This document shows, piece by piece, positions 19,904-28,168 of a stretch of 64,000 bases of DNA; the first letter of the stretch is position 1; each line of letters begins with the position of its first letter. Made by a program: the position numbers and the translations under genes. Location: IMG/VR virus record IMGVR_UViG_3300049988_000286, positions 416,001 through 480,000 of that record; one strand, 5' to 3'. The DNA comes from a virus. Its lineage: Duplodnaviria > Caudoviricetes. The notes below the pieces were generated by a model, which worked only from the letters and a program-made list of their open reading frames with translations, did no database searches and was not told the DNA's origin.

Positions 19904-21019
19904 TTATTCCTCGTCCGAGATTGCGACGGCGACGGTATCGTCGTCGGGCTCATCACCCTCGCCACTGACGACAGCGGCAATCTCCGCGTTTTCCCAGTGA
20001 TGCCAATCCTCAATGATCTGATCGAGGATGCCCTTCGGGCGGAAATCCTTGCGCCATTCCTTGATGATCTCGCCCGTCTCTGGCGAGGTATAGGTCCAAC
20101 GCTGGCCATCCTTCTGGATCACGCCCTTTGCTACGAACAGATCGAACAGGCCCGAATAGGGGTTCATACCTTCCTGATAAGGGATGTCGATCTTGATCTT
20201 CTCGAAGGGTTTCGCGTAACGAGACTTGCGCACCACCGCAGTTGAGCGGATACCACGCACAACGCCGCCGACGAGCTTCTTGCCCTCGTCATCCTCTTTG
20301 AGGAGATATTTGTTCATCTGGACGATGACCGACGAAGCGAATTCGAGCATCTTGCCGCCGGGAATCTTATCCGGCTGATACTGATCCTGCGAGTCCATCA
20401 CGTGGTTGGTCGCGAGAAGTCCGATCGGCTCGCTGGCGATCTTGGCCATGGTGACGCGCAACATCGCGGTCATCTGCTTGGCCTTGATACCCATGTCGCC
20501 CTTCTGATCACCCTCCTCATACTGACGAATCTGGTTCGGCGTGATCAACATGCCGAGCGAATCGATGATGATCAGGATACGGGGACGATCCGCATAAGGC
20601 TTGCTTGAATGCTCCGCCTTGTAGGCATCGATGATCGTCGAAATGCCTTGCGACACATCGTCGATCGTAGCGCCGCTTACCTTCTCCATGAAGGAAACAT
20701 CGACACCGAGCGAGGTCATCCAGCTTTCATCGAGAGCGTTCTCGGTGTCGAAGACGAACGGGAACACATTCTGTGCCTGACAGCTTTTGACGATGTTCGC
20801 GGATGTGATGTACGACTTACCCGAGCCGGAGTCACCGGCGAACATAGTGAACTTCCCTTCAAGCGGCACACCACCTTTGAAGTCGCCACAGATCAGGTAG
20901 TTCAGTGCATAGCAGCCCGTGCTCAACCAAGTCGTAGGATCATTGAAGCCGGTAGACAGACCGGGGATCGACTTAGCGACGGACTTACGAAATTTTGATA
21001 GATCGATTGGTGTCTTCAT
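19904..21019 (-). CDS. uvsX: UvsX/RecA-like recombinase
   Basis: GDSGSGKS, DTENALD, IIIDSLG, GG...FASS, KSRYAKPF. Confidence 0.93.
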   Translation of the reverse strand: MKTPIDLSKFRKSVAKSIPGLSTGFNDPTTWLSTGCYALNYLICGDFKGGVPLEGKFTMFAGDSGSGKSYITSANIVKSCQAQNVFPFVFDTENALDESWMTSLGVDVSFMEKVSGATIDDVSQGISTIIDAYKAEHSSKPYADRPRILIIIDSLGMLITPNQIRQYEEGDQKGDMGIKAKQMTAMLRVTMAKIASEPIGLLATNHVMDSQDQYQPDKIPGGKMLEFASSVIVQMNKYLLKEDDEGKKLVGGVVRGIRSTAVVRKSRYAKPFEKIKIDIPYQEGMNPYSGLFDLFVAKGVIQKDGQRWTYTSPETGEIIKEWRKDFRPKGILDQIIEDWHHWENAEIAAVVSGEGDEPDDDTVAVAISDEE

Positions 21020-21039
21020 TACTCCACCTAGTTTAGAGA

Positions 21040-21071
21040 CAAAAACGGAGAGGAGGGTTAGTCCTCTCCGC
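21040..21071 (-). terminator. Intrinsic terminator after gp32
   Basis: CGGAGAGG-containing hairpin followed by TTTTT on the minus strand. Confidence 0.7.
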
Positions 21072-21095
21072 CAAGTTTAGGAGTTATCCGTCAGA

Positions 21096-22076
21096 TTACT
21101 CGGTCGGAGCGCGGCTGGTGCCGAGGCGGAGACGGTCGAGGACCGCCTTTGCGCCTTCCTTGCCGCCCGTGCCCGTGGTCAGCGCTGCCGCCGTGGCGAC
21201 CTGTGCCGTCGAGGCAGCCGCACTCGGGGCACCACCACCCGTGGCCGGAGCCTTCGTAGCGCCATTGCTGTCGCTGCGAGCGCCGTAGGGGCGGAAATAC
21301 TGGCCATACGACTCCATGTCGTAGGGGAGGCCGTCCATCGAATCCTTGAGCATCGACTTCAGAGCCTCGATCGCGTCAGCCGAAGGGACTGCACCGAGCG
21401 CGTCCTTGAGGTTGAAGAGACCGTGGGTGTCGATCGCCGAACGCTCTACCTCGTTGAGCGAGCGCGAGTTCATCGAGAACTTCGAAGACGAGTAGTTGGC
21501 CCACTCACCCTTCTGGGTCTTCTTGATGGTGAAATCGCGACCACCGTCATAGTCGGTCGGCATGTCGGCGAGATCGGGATCGAGCAGCGCCTCATACACG
21601 ATGTCGTAGATCGACTTGTTGATGACGAAGCGGCGGATCGGGTTCTCGGGGGCGTTCTCCTCCTGAAGGGGAGAGTTGGTCACGAGACCCTGAAAGATGA
21701 ACGAACGCTTCTTGTAATAGACGCGCGCCAAGTCCTTGGTCTCTTCCTTGTCCCACAGGTGCTTGGTAGCAGCGACGATCGGGCACTTCATGCCGAACAT
21801 GTCGATGCAGGGAACCGTAACGGTCACGTCCTTGTCGGTGGGGAAATCACCCCCGACGACACCCGAGAACGGAAGCTTGATGACTTCACGCTTGACCCAG
21901 AAATAGTCGTTGGTGGTATCGGCATCCGGGAGGAACCGGATCGTGGCGCTCTGGTTGGTGGGAATGTCCCAGAAGGGGTAGCTGGCGTTATCGCCGCCGG
22001 TGCCCTTGGAACGGGTCTGCTGGTCGCCCTTCGAGGCGGTTTCGCGCAGCTTTGCGCGCAGTGCTTCCATGCTCAT
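21096..22076 (-). CDS. Single-stranded DNA-binding protein, T4 gp32-like
   Basis: TIRFLP, Zn ligands C..(CP), KKRSFIFQG, DYDGGRDFTIKK motifs; MSMEALRAK start chosen. Confidence 0.88.
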   Translation of the reverse strand: MSMEALRAKLRETASKGDQQTRSKGTGGDNASYPFWDIPTNQSATIRFLPDADTTNDYFWVKREVIKLPFSGVVGGDFPTDKDVTVTVPCIDMFGMKCPIVAATKHLWDKEETKDLARVYYKKRSFIFQGLVTNSPLQEENAPENPIRRFVINKSIYDIVYEALLDPDLADMPTDYDGGRDFTIKKTQKGEWANYSSSKFSMNSRSLNEVERSAIDTHGLFNLKDALGAVPSADAIEALKSMLKDSMDGLPYDMESYGQYFRPYGARSDSNGATKAPATGGGAPSAAASTAQVATAAALTTGTGGKEGAKAVLDRLRLGTSRAPTE

Positions 22077-22237
22077 TCTATACTTGCCTTTTATATGCCT
22101 TTGGCTGGTGCCACAGGTCTTTGCCTTGATTTTGTTACTATGCCATGCGGGGTGGAGAAGGTTCAATTTCTTTTCCCAGCATTCTATTTATCTTCGCGAA
22201 CTTGATCCAAGGGGACTTTTATTCAAAACGCGCAAAT

Positions 22238-22274
22238 AAAAAGGGGCGGTAACCCAATAAGGATTACCACCCCG
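22238..22274 (-). terminator. Intrinsic terminator
   Basis: GGGGTGGTAATCC-ttatt-GGGTTACCGCCCC followed by TTTTT on the minus strand. Confidence 0.75.
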
Positions 22275-22297
22275 AAGGTCGGTCTGCGATATTTACT

Positions 22298-23692
22298 TTA
22301 GCGCATTGGACGCTGGTTTGTCTGACGGCTGCTGTGCGCGAGGCCTACGATGCGATCAACATCGGCTTCCGAGGTGTCACTGACTACCTCGTGGGCGAAA
22401 TCGTCCTCGGGATCGCTCGGGAGGAGCACGTCCTCGGTGGTGAGATCGTCTTCTGCCTCGATGATCGGCTCCTCTGTGGGAACCATGTCGTCAAGCGGCT
22501 CATCGGTCATCTCGTCGCTCTCCGGCACCTCGACGTTCCAGCCCGCATCGGTCATGGTCACGATCACGTCGCTGATTACCTCATCGGCGATCGTCGATGC
22601 ATCTTTCTCGTTCGGGTATTCGGTTCCGTCGAGAGCATCCTCGATCTCCTGACGGAGGTAGGAGACCAGTGATCCGCGCAGGGTCTCGAAGTCGAGCACG
22701 CGATCTTCGTCGGCCAGCGTGTCGTCGTTGTAGTTGAAGTCATCACCGGAATCGGTCAGGAACGCGTCTGCGGAGAAATTGTCACGCACCGTTGAGAGAG
22801 CGATGTCGGTCGCCTGATCGAAGTCTCCGGTGTGCTCGTAGCCGGGCTGATGCTGACGGCGCAGGAGGCGCTCGACACGCTCGTCCTCGAAGATCGCAAC
22901 ACTGGACAGGCTGTCGAACCAGCGCCCAAATCCACGCATGGATTCCGTCATGATCACGCCGCCCTCGTTGTAGGTTTCCCAGATGTCCTTGGGCGCGACC
23001 GTTTCCTCAACCGCAACGGCATCAGCCTTATATGCGAGTTCAACAGCGCGCTTGGCGACGTTCTTGAGCAGCTTGCTCTCCGAACCATGCGAGAGCGCAT
23101 CGGCGACGCGCGACAGCATGTTGGACATACCATCGGCGCGGACCTTGCTCACAAGGGCCATCAAACGACGCATCATCTCATCCGGGATACGCTCGTTCTC
23201 GACGGGAGGGGAAACGAGGTGAAGGTACTGCCCGTTCTTGAACGCTTCCCAGTCAGCGGCTTCAACGCTGCATCCCAGCGCAGGAAGCTCGATCATCGGG
23301 ATTTCCTTCTTCTCATTCAGTGTCGTCATCGTCTCATCTCCTGTGTGGTTCTCTTCGATCGCGTTGGGGGCCAAGTCCTTCGGTTTCAGCACGCGATCCT
23401 GCTGACGAACATTGAAGCGGACATTGAATTTGCTCACGGTGACACGCATGGTTGCGATCAATCCCGTGATGGTGCGAGCGCTCGTTCCCTTCGAAAGGAA
23501 CATCATCACCTTGCTGTTCTCGCCATCTTCATGGATCGACACCGTGATGTTGTTGGGCTGTGCGAAGAAACGTCGGGCTTCAGTAGGCTCATAGACCTGA
23601 TTACCGTCGAAGTCGAAGATGTCTACGGTGTAGTCATAGCTACGCAGAATCTTGAACACCTCGGTAGCAAGGATTGCGGGATTGAACATCAA
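22298..23692 (-). CDS. Acidic late protein, putative prohead core/scaffold-like
   Basis: 464 aa, very acidic C-terminus, TAAATA at 23717-23722; function inferred only. Confidence 0.55.
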   Translation of the reverse strand: MMFNPAILATEVFKILRSYDYTVDIFDFDGNQVYEPTEARRFFAQPNNITVSIHEDGENSKVMMFLSKGTSARTITGLIATMRVTVSKFNVRFNVRQQDRVLKPKDLAPNAIEENHTGDETMTTLNEKKEIPMIELPALGCSVEAADWEAFKNGQYLHLVSPPVENERIPDEMMRRLMALVSKVRADGMSNMLSRVADALSHGSESKLLKNVAKRAVELAYKADAVAVEETVAPKDIWETYNEGGVIMTESMRGFGRWFDSLSSVAIFEDERVERLLRRQHQPGYEHTGDFDQATDIALSTVRDNFSADAFLTDSGDDFNYNDDTLADEDRVLDFETLRGSLVSYLRQEIEDALDGTEYPNEKDASTIADEVISDVIVTMTDAGWNVEVPESDEMTDEPLDDMVPTEEPIIEAEDDLTTEDVLLPSDPEDDFAHEVVSDTSEADVDRIVGLAHSSRQTNQRPMR

Positions 23693-24522
23693 TGAGCCTC
23701 TTGTGATTTATCGGTGTATTTAGCCATTTCCGTCCAGAACAAATCGAACAGTTGCTTCAAGCGTGAAATTGCTCGGCGGCGATTACGCTCGTTCAGTTTG
23801 GACCAATGCTGCTTCACGACGGCATGATCACTCCATTGCGCGACATGCTTTGCCATATAGTCTCGGAAGTCGCGGGGCAGATCATCGAAAAACTCGATTG
23901 CGGCAGAGTCGCGCTTCAACCAGCGAAGACGATCAAGCAGTGGCTCGGCAAGATTGTGGAAGAAAGCGTTCGTCTCCAAGGCGTCATTATGGTACAGGGT
24001 CGCTTGTGCATCGCGGTGGAGGCGCAACTCGGCGTCATCCATCTTCGATGTGTCGGTCTTCTTCATGGCGACAATTGCCCGATTGGCGATCCCGGCTTTG
24101 TCCTTAAAGCGAGTGTAGTCGAGGATGTGTTGAAGTTCATGACGAAGTGTGGTGCGGACGTTGGTCGAGGTCACAGAGAAGGACAATGACTGGAGAGTTG
24201 AGCAATCCGCCTGAACAGTCACGACGTAGCGCGCCCTGCCGATTGGCGTTTGCAGCACGGCGGCGGTTCCACTGACATCAGGGTACTGGCTATCGATGAA
24301 GATGAGAAGGAAACTCTTGAGTATTGCAGGGACATCAAGAGCCTCACTCGCAATGCAATAATGGTCATTGCCATTGTACTCTGCGGTGGCGAGATGCTTG
24401 AGCGAACCGCCCGACTTTGACAATTTGAACAAGTAACTGGACAAAGCTTGGATGAACTCATTAGCGAGATCGCTTCGGCGAAGATCACTCGCGGCGTCTT
24501 CGTAGAGGTTGGTGAGGCGCAT
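23689..24522 (-). CDS. Putative head-internal protein with HExxH metallopeptidase motif
   Basis: MRLTNLYE N-terminus 4 nt after TAAATA; RHELQH motif. Confidence 0.7.
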   Translation of the reverse strand: MRLTNLYEDAASDLRRSDLANEFIQALSSYLFKLSKSGGSLKHLATAEYNGNDHYCIASEALDVPAILKSFLLIFIDSQYPDVSGTAAVLQTPIGRARYVVTVQADCSTLQSLSFSVTSTNVRTTLRHELQHILDYTRFKDKAGIANRAIVAMKKTDTSKMDDAELRLHRDAQATLYHNDALETNAFFHNLAEPLLDRLRWLKRDSAAIEFFDDLPRDFRDYMAKHVAQWSDHAVVKQHWSKLNERNRRRAISRLKQLFDLFWTEMAKYTDKSQEAH

Positions 24523-24575
24523 CCAATATTTAGGGTAAATACCCGGCATTGATCCGCGTCAGTAAAGGATTGTAT

Positions 24576-25115
24576 ATGAACGACTTTTCATCAATCCCTA
24601 CGCTTTCCGAGGTGCGTCTCCTCCCCGATACCCATGCCATGCTCGCCGAACGACAGCCGGTCTTCGATTTCACCCAAGACGGCAAAGATGCAGCAAAGCT
24701 GGCCGATCTTCTCACCGCCGCAATGCTGCGCTTCGGCGGAATCGGTCTTGCCGCCAACCAGATCGGTATTCCCACTCGCGCGTTCGCGATGATGATGCAC
24801 GATCGCCCGGTTGTCCTGTTCAACCCTGTTTTGCTTGAACTCGACGCAGAGACGGTATCGTTAGAGGAGGGCTGCTTGACCTTCCCTGATCTCTTCCTCA
24901 ACATCGCGCGGCCACGGGGTTGTCGCGTCATCTACCACGATCCCACTGGTCAACGCACCAACGATGTCCTTGACGGCTGGGATGCACGCGTCGCCATGCA
25001 TGAGATCGATCATCTTGATGGCGTGGTATTTACGAGCAAGGCCTCCCGCCTTCATCTCCAGATGCAACGAGAGCGTCTTCGCAAGGCGAAGAAGAAGGCT
25101 GCGCGTCGCAAATGA
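24576..25115 (+). CDS. def: Peptide deformylase
   Basis: GIGLAANQIG, EEGCLTFP and HEIDHLDG motifs. Confidence 0.93.
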   Translation: MNDFSSIPTLSEVRLLPDTHAMLAERQPVFDFTQDGKDAAKLADLLTAAMLRFGGIGLAANQIGIPTRAFAMMMHDRPVVLFNPVLLELDAETVSLEEGCLTFPDLFLNIARPRGCRVIYHDPTGQRTNDVLDGWDARVAMHEIDHLDGVVFTSKASRLHLQMQRERLRKAKKKAARRK

Positions 25116-25151
25116 ATTGACACGGTGAGTTCGCTCCAGTAGTGGATTGCG

Positions 25152-25352
25152 ATGGATGCAAGTGAACTCAACGATCGCATGGTCGAGATCGTCTCGGGGG
25201 AATTTTCGGGCTTCGTCGGCTTGGCCGAGGATCGCAACGAGCATGGCTGGATCGGCGTCGTGCTCGATGCCGTTGATCCCGAGGACGATCGCGTCGTATA
25301 TCCGGTCCTGCCGGAGGACGTGATCATCCGGCCTGACTTGGAAGGAAACTGA
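25152..25352 (+). CDS. Small SH3-like hypothetical protein
   Basis: 66-aa ORF, beta-rich pattern. Confidence 0.55.
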   Translation: MDASELNDRMVEIVSGEFSGFVGLAEDRNEHGWIGVVLDAVDPEDDRVVYPVLPEDVIIRPDLEGN

Positions 25353-25555
25353 AATGCCTTGGCCTTTGGTGCAGAGCGGTCCGAACAAGAACCAGCCTCG
25401 TTCGCGCAACGCAAAGACCGGTCGCATCCGGAAAAAGCACGTTTTCACAGCCCCGTCGCCGCCGCCGAGCGATCCCAAATCGTCCTGATTTTACGCTTGC
25501 CTCGCGGGATCGGGCGCGGCAATTAGGCCGCGTTATCAACGAATCAGGATCGAGC

Positions 25556-25711
25556 ATGGCACAGCGTGACGGGTGGTATTGGGTTCGTCTCAAGCCGCGT
25601 GAGTGGACGGTGGCGCGTTTCAGCAATGGCCTTTGGAACCACGGCAATAGATCGATTACCGCTTCGACGATCATCGATCTTGGACCCTATTATATGCCTT
25701 TAGCGGCCTGA
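25556..25711 (+). CDS. 51-aa hypothetical protein (MAQRDGWYWVRLK...)
   Basis: Manually translated; AGGA upstream. Confidence 0.5.
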   Translation: MAQRDGWYWVRLKPREWTVARFSNGLWNHGNRSITASTIIDLGPYYMPLAA

Positions 25712-25740
25712 CCCACGGGAGGGCGGGCGCTAAATACAGG

Positions 25741-26277
25741 ATGCGCCTTGCCCTCCTCGCCATTCTGCTACTCACGGGTTGCACCACCACTAGGGTGACT
25801 CTTCCCCAGCGTAGTGCCACCGAACAACTCCTCATCAGCGAAGCCGCCGAAGCTGCTGCTGTCGCGATCCACCTCAATCTCGGCTCTCGCAAAGCTTTCC
25901 TCGATACCACCAACTTCGAGGGGGTGGATGCCCGCTACGCCATGTCGGCGATCCGGGAATCCCTGCTACGGCAGGGTAATGCGATCGTTGACAACCGTGA
26001 CCTCGCCGATACCATCATTGAGGTGAGGGCAGGAGCGCTATCGATAGACAGTGCCACAAAGGTGCTCGGTATTCCGAGCGTCGATGTCCCTCGCTTCTTT
26101 ATCCCCGGCCTCAACATCGTTTCGCGCACCCGCAACACCGGCGTGGCCCGCTTCTCACTCTTTGCCTACGATCGCGCTACCGGGAAACTGGTAGCCTTGG
26201 TGGCACCGGTGACCGGTTACAGCCGCCGTGACACCAAATCGTTTGGGAGCGTCATCGCGTGGAGCGCGCAGCGGTGA
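25741..26277 (+). CDS. Late lipoprotein, host-like
   Basis: Signal peptide with lipobox LLTGC; ATG 4 nt after TAAATA. Confidence 0.8.
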   Translation: MRLALLAILLLTGCTTTRVTLPQRSATEQLLISEAAEAAAVAIHLNLGSRKAFLDTTNFEGVDARYAMSAIRESLLRQGNAIVDNRDLADTIIEVRAGALSIDSATKVLGIPSVDVPRFFIPGLNIVSRTRNTGVARFSLFAYDRATGKLVALVAPVTGYSRRDTKSFGSVIAWSAQR

Positions 26278-27095
26278 TGCGTGACCTCATCAATCTGATC
26301 GAGGGGGCGGGCGTCACCTACCGGGTTTCACAAGGACCAGACACCTACCGCTTCATTTACGATAATCATCCCAGCGTCTTCCATGACAAGAGGATCAAGT
26401 ACTTTGATCCCAAGGAGAGCGTGAGGGAGATTCACGTGATCGCAGAAATGGGTGATCTCGTAATCGGCATGGCGGGAATGCAAGTCAATCCGCATGATAC
26501 GGAGCAACTCTGGATTAAGTTCATTTCGGTCGATCCCGCCTATCAAGGGCGCGGCATCGGCAAGACTCTCCTGCGCCACATCTACCTCTATGCTGATGAG
26601 CATGGCTTCAAGATGGCACCGGGGAGTTTCTCACCGGAGGGAGAGCGTTTACGCCATCTTCATGATGAATGGGATAAGGAATTCCCACGCGTCGCCTATG
26701 ACCGTGACAAGAACGGTAACTACATGAACTCCAAGGGTCAGATCGTCCGCATGAACGAGGGTCATTCGTGGAGCCAGTGGGTGCGGCCCGGCGACGAGAT
26801 GGTCACCATCGATGTCGAGAAGGTCAGGGCATCATGGGCGCTCGACCGAGACTTCTATTTCGATGATGGTGACCACCCCAACGCGATCCGGGGACGGGTG
26901 TCTCGTTTCAACCAATGGCTGGAGCGCGGCGAAGCAATCGGCTTGCCTGAACTGTGCCTCAATCCATCCGGGGAGATTACCTTCATCAACGGTCGCCATC
27001 GGTTCGTGGCGCTGATGCAACGCGGCGTCGAGAGTCTCCCCGTCGCGGTTCCGGTAGATCAGGCTGACGAGTTTCGTCTGCGGTTCGGAAAATAG
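26277..27095 (+). CDS. GNAT acetyltransferase fused to ParB/Srx-like domain; capsid-targeting N-terminus
   Basis: ISVDPAYQGRGIGKTLL (acetyl-CoA motif A); FINGRHR; MRDLINLIE. Confidence 0.8.
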   Translation: MRDLINLIEGAGVTYRVSQGPDTYRFIYDNHPSVFHDKRIKYFDPKESVREIHVIAEMGDLVIGMAGMQVNPHDTEQLWIKFISVDPAYQGRGIGKTLLRHIYLYADEHGFKMAPGSFSPEGERLRHLHDEWDKEFPRVAYDRDKNGNYMNSKGQIVRMNEGHSWSQWVRPGDEMVTIDVEKVRASWALDRDFYFDDGDHPNAIRGRVSRFNQWLERGEAIGLPELCLNPSGEITFINGRHRFVALMQRGVESLPVAVPVDQADEFRLRFGK

Positions 27096-27123
27096 TTGTT
27101 GACACCCAAAAGCTCGTGTGAGA

Positions 27124-27129
27124 TAAATA
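27124..27129 (+). promoter_or_regulatory. Late promoter (TAAATA) of the His/Tyr leader and tRNA array
   Basis: Same motif and spacing as the other 18 leaderless late starts. Confidence 0.75.
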
Positions 27130-27134
27130 CTCCT

Positions 27135-27179
27135 ATGAACACGCAGAGCCATCACACCTATTATCATTACCACGCGTAA
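27135..27179 (+). CDS. His/Tyr-rich leader peptide MNTQSHHTYYHYHA
   Basis: ATG AAC ACG CAG AGC CAT CAC ACC TAT TAT CAT TAC CAC GCG TAA; 4 His + 3 Tyr; precedes tRNA-Tyr/His genes. Confidence 0.75.
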   Translation: MNTQSHHTYYHYHA

Positions 27180-27290
27180 GCGGGGTCGTGGTAACGCGTC
27201 CTCGTTTCGGGGACGATGAAGGTGTGAAAGAGCCAGCGTGGCACTCTCCCCATAGTTGAACCCGCGAAGACGCAGATGATTTGCGTATCA
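27152..27290 (+). promoter_or_regulatory. Attenuator-like structured leader RNA
   Basis: Perfect 8-bp helices 27167-27174/27187-27194 and 27152-27159/27220-27227; hairpin 27197-27215; alternative pairing 27170-27175/27237-27242. Confidence 0.6.
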
Positions 27291-27300
27291 TGTTGCTAGT

Positions 27301-27384
27301 GGGTCGGCTGGACACGAGTGAGTCCACCTGACTGTAAATCAGACGCTTTGGCTGTGAGGGTGCAAATTCCTTCCCGGCCCACCA
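27301..27384 (+). tRNA. tRNA-Tyr(GUA) with atypical D- and T-loops
   Basis: Acceptor GGGTCGG/CCGGCCC, A73, CCA; anticodon loop CT-GTA-AA; long variable arm; T-loop TGCAAAT. Confidence 0.85.
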
Positions 27385-27407
27385 AGCAACCAAAGAACAG
27401 TGATCAG

Positions 27408-27484
27408 GTGCGGCCGAGGCTGACTTGGATGAGGCGCGCGGTTGTGATCCGCGAGATAGTGAGTTCGAACCTCACCGGTCGCCC
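27408..27484 (+). tRNA. tRNA-His(GUG), CCA not encoded
   Basis: CGCGG-TT-GTG-AT-CCGCG; T arm GTGAG-TTCGAAC-CTCAC; G-1:C73. Confidence 0.85.
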
Positions 27485-27502
27485 CTGAACACTGTTCACC
27501 TT

Positions 27503-27596
27503 GGGAGGTGCCCCCGCTCGCCGGTTGTAACCCGGTGGTCTCTAATAAGGGTGGGAAGCATTGAGGCGATGGGTGCAATTCCTACACCTCCCACCA
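27503..27596 (+). tRNA. Atypical tRNA-Tyr(GUA)-like gene with truncated D arm and very long variable region
   Basis: Perfect acceptor GGGAGGT/ACCTCCC, A73, CCA; GCCGG-TT-GTA-AC-CCGGT; T-loop TGCAATT. Confidence 0.6.
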
Positions 27597-27599
27597 CGT

Positions 27600-27674
27600 G
27601 GCGTTGGTAGCTCAATGGTAGAGCGCTCGATTGTGGATCGAGATACGCGGGTTCGATCCCCGTCCTTCGCCCCA
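27600..27674 (+). tRNA. tRNA-His(GUG)
   Basis: Canonical D arm GCTC-AATGGTA-GAGC; CTCGA-TT-GTG-GA-TCGAG; TTCGATC; G-1:C73; CCA; two U-U pairs in the acceptor stem. Confidence 0.9.
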
Positions 27675-27702
27675 GACCTTCTAACAAGTCCCTAAATATG
27701 TC

Positions 27703-28080
27703 ATGCGCAACTTCATCGATATCGTCAACGAAACTGTTATGTCGGATTCCGACACCTACTATTATGTTGTTGGGAAGGTGCGCGACCTCTATACGATGAG
27801 GGCAACAATCGACGGCTATTGCGAAGATGGCGTGATCTACCTCGATCTTATTTCGGTAGACGATGCCGGTAACGGTGTCGGCACAGAGATGATGAAGGAA
27901 ATATGCTTCAACGCGGATGATCACCACATCGCCATAGAGCTTGAAGCGGGATCACACGGTCGAGGCAATATCAGTCAGAGAAAGCTGGAAGATTGGTATG
28001 GCCGGTTTGGTTTCAAGAAAACTGGCGCGGTCTCAAGCGAAGACCATCCCTATATGCGCAGAGAACCCTCTGCTACTTAA
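27703..28080 (+). CDS. GNAT acetyltransferase with capsid-targeting N-terminus
   Basis: LISVDDAGNGVGTEMM, LEDWYGRFGF; MRNFIDIVNE 4 nt after TAAATA. Confidence 0.8.
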   Translation: MRNFIDIVNETVMSDSDTYYYVVGKVRDLYTMRATIDGYCEDGVIYLDLISVDDAGNGVGTEMMKEICFNADDHHIAIELEAGSHGRGNISQRKLEDWYGRFGFKKTGAVSSEDHPYMRREPSAT

Positions 28081-28168
28081 ACATTACAACAACACAACAA
28101 GTTGTTGTTTTACATTCATGCAACTCTGATCTCTCCTGATAGTTATTACATCACATTAGGAGATAGTT

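Noticed and set aside
27169-27243. tRNA-Pro(CGG)-like cloverleaf (CCACGC/GCGTGG ends, TT-CGG-GG loop)
   Set aside because: There is no T-psi-C arm or CCA. It overlaps the leader ORF, and stronger alternative helices exist, so it is better explained as the attenuator structure.
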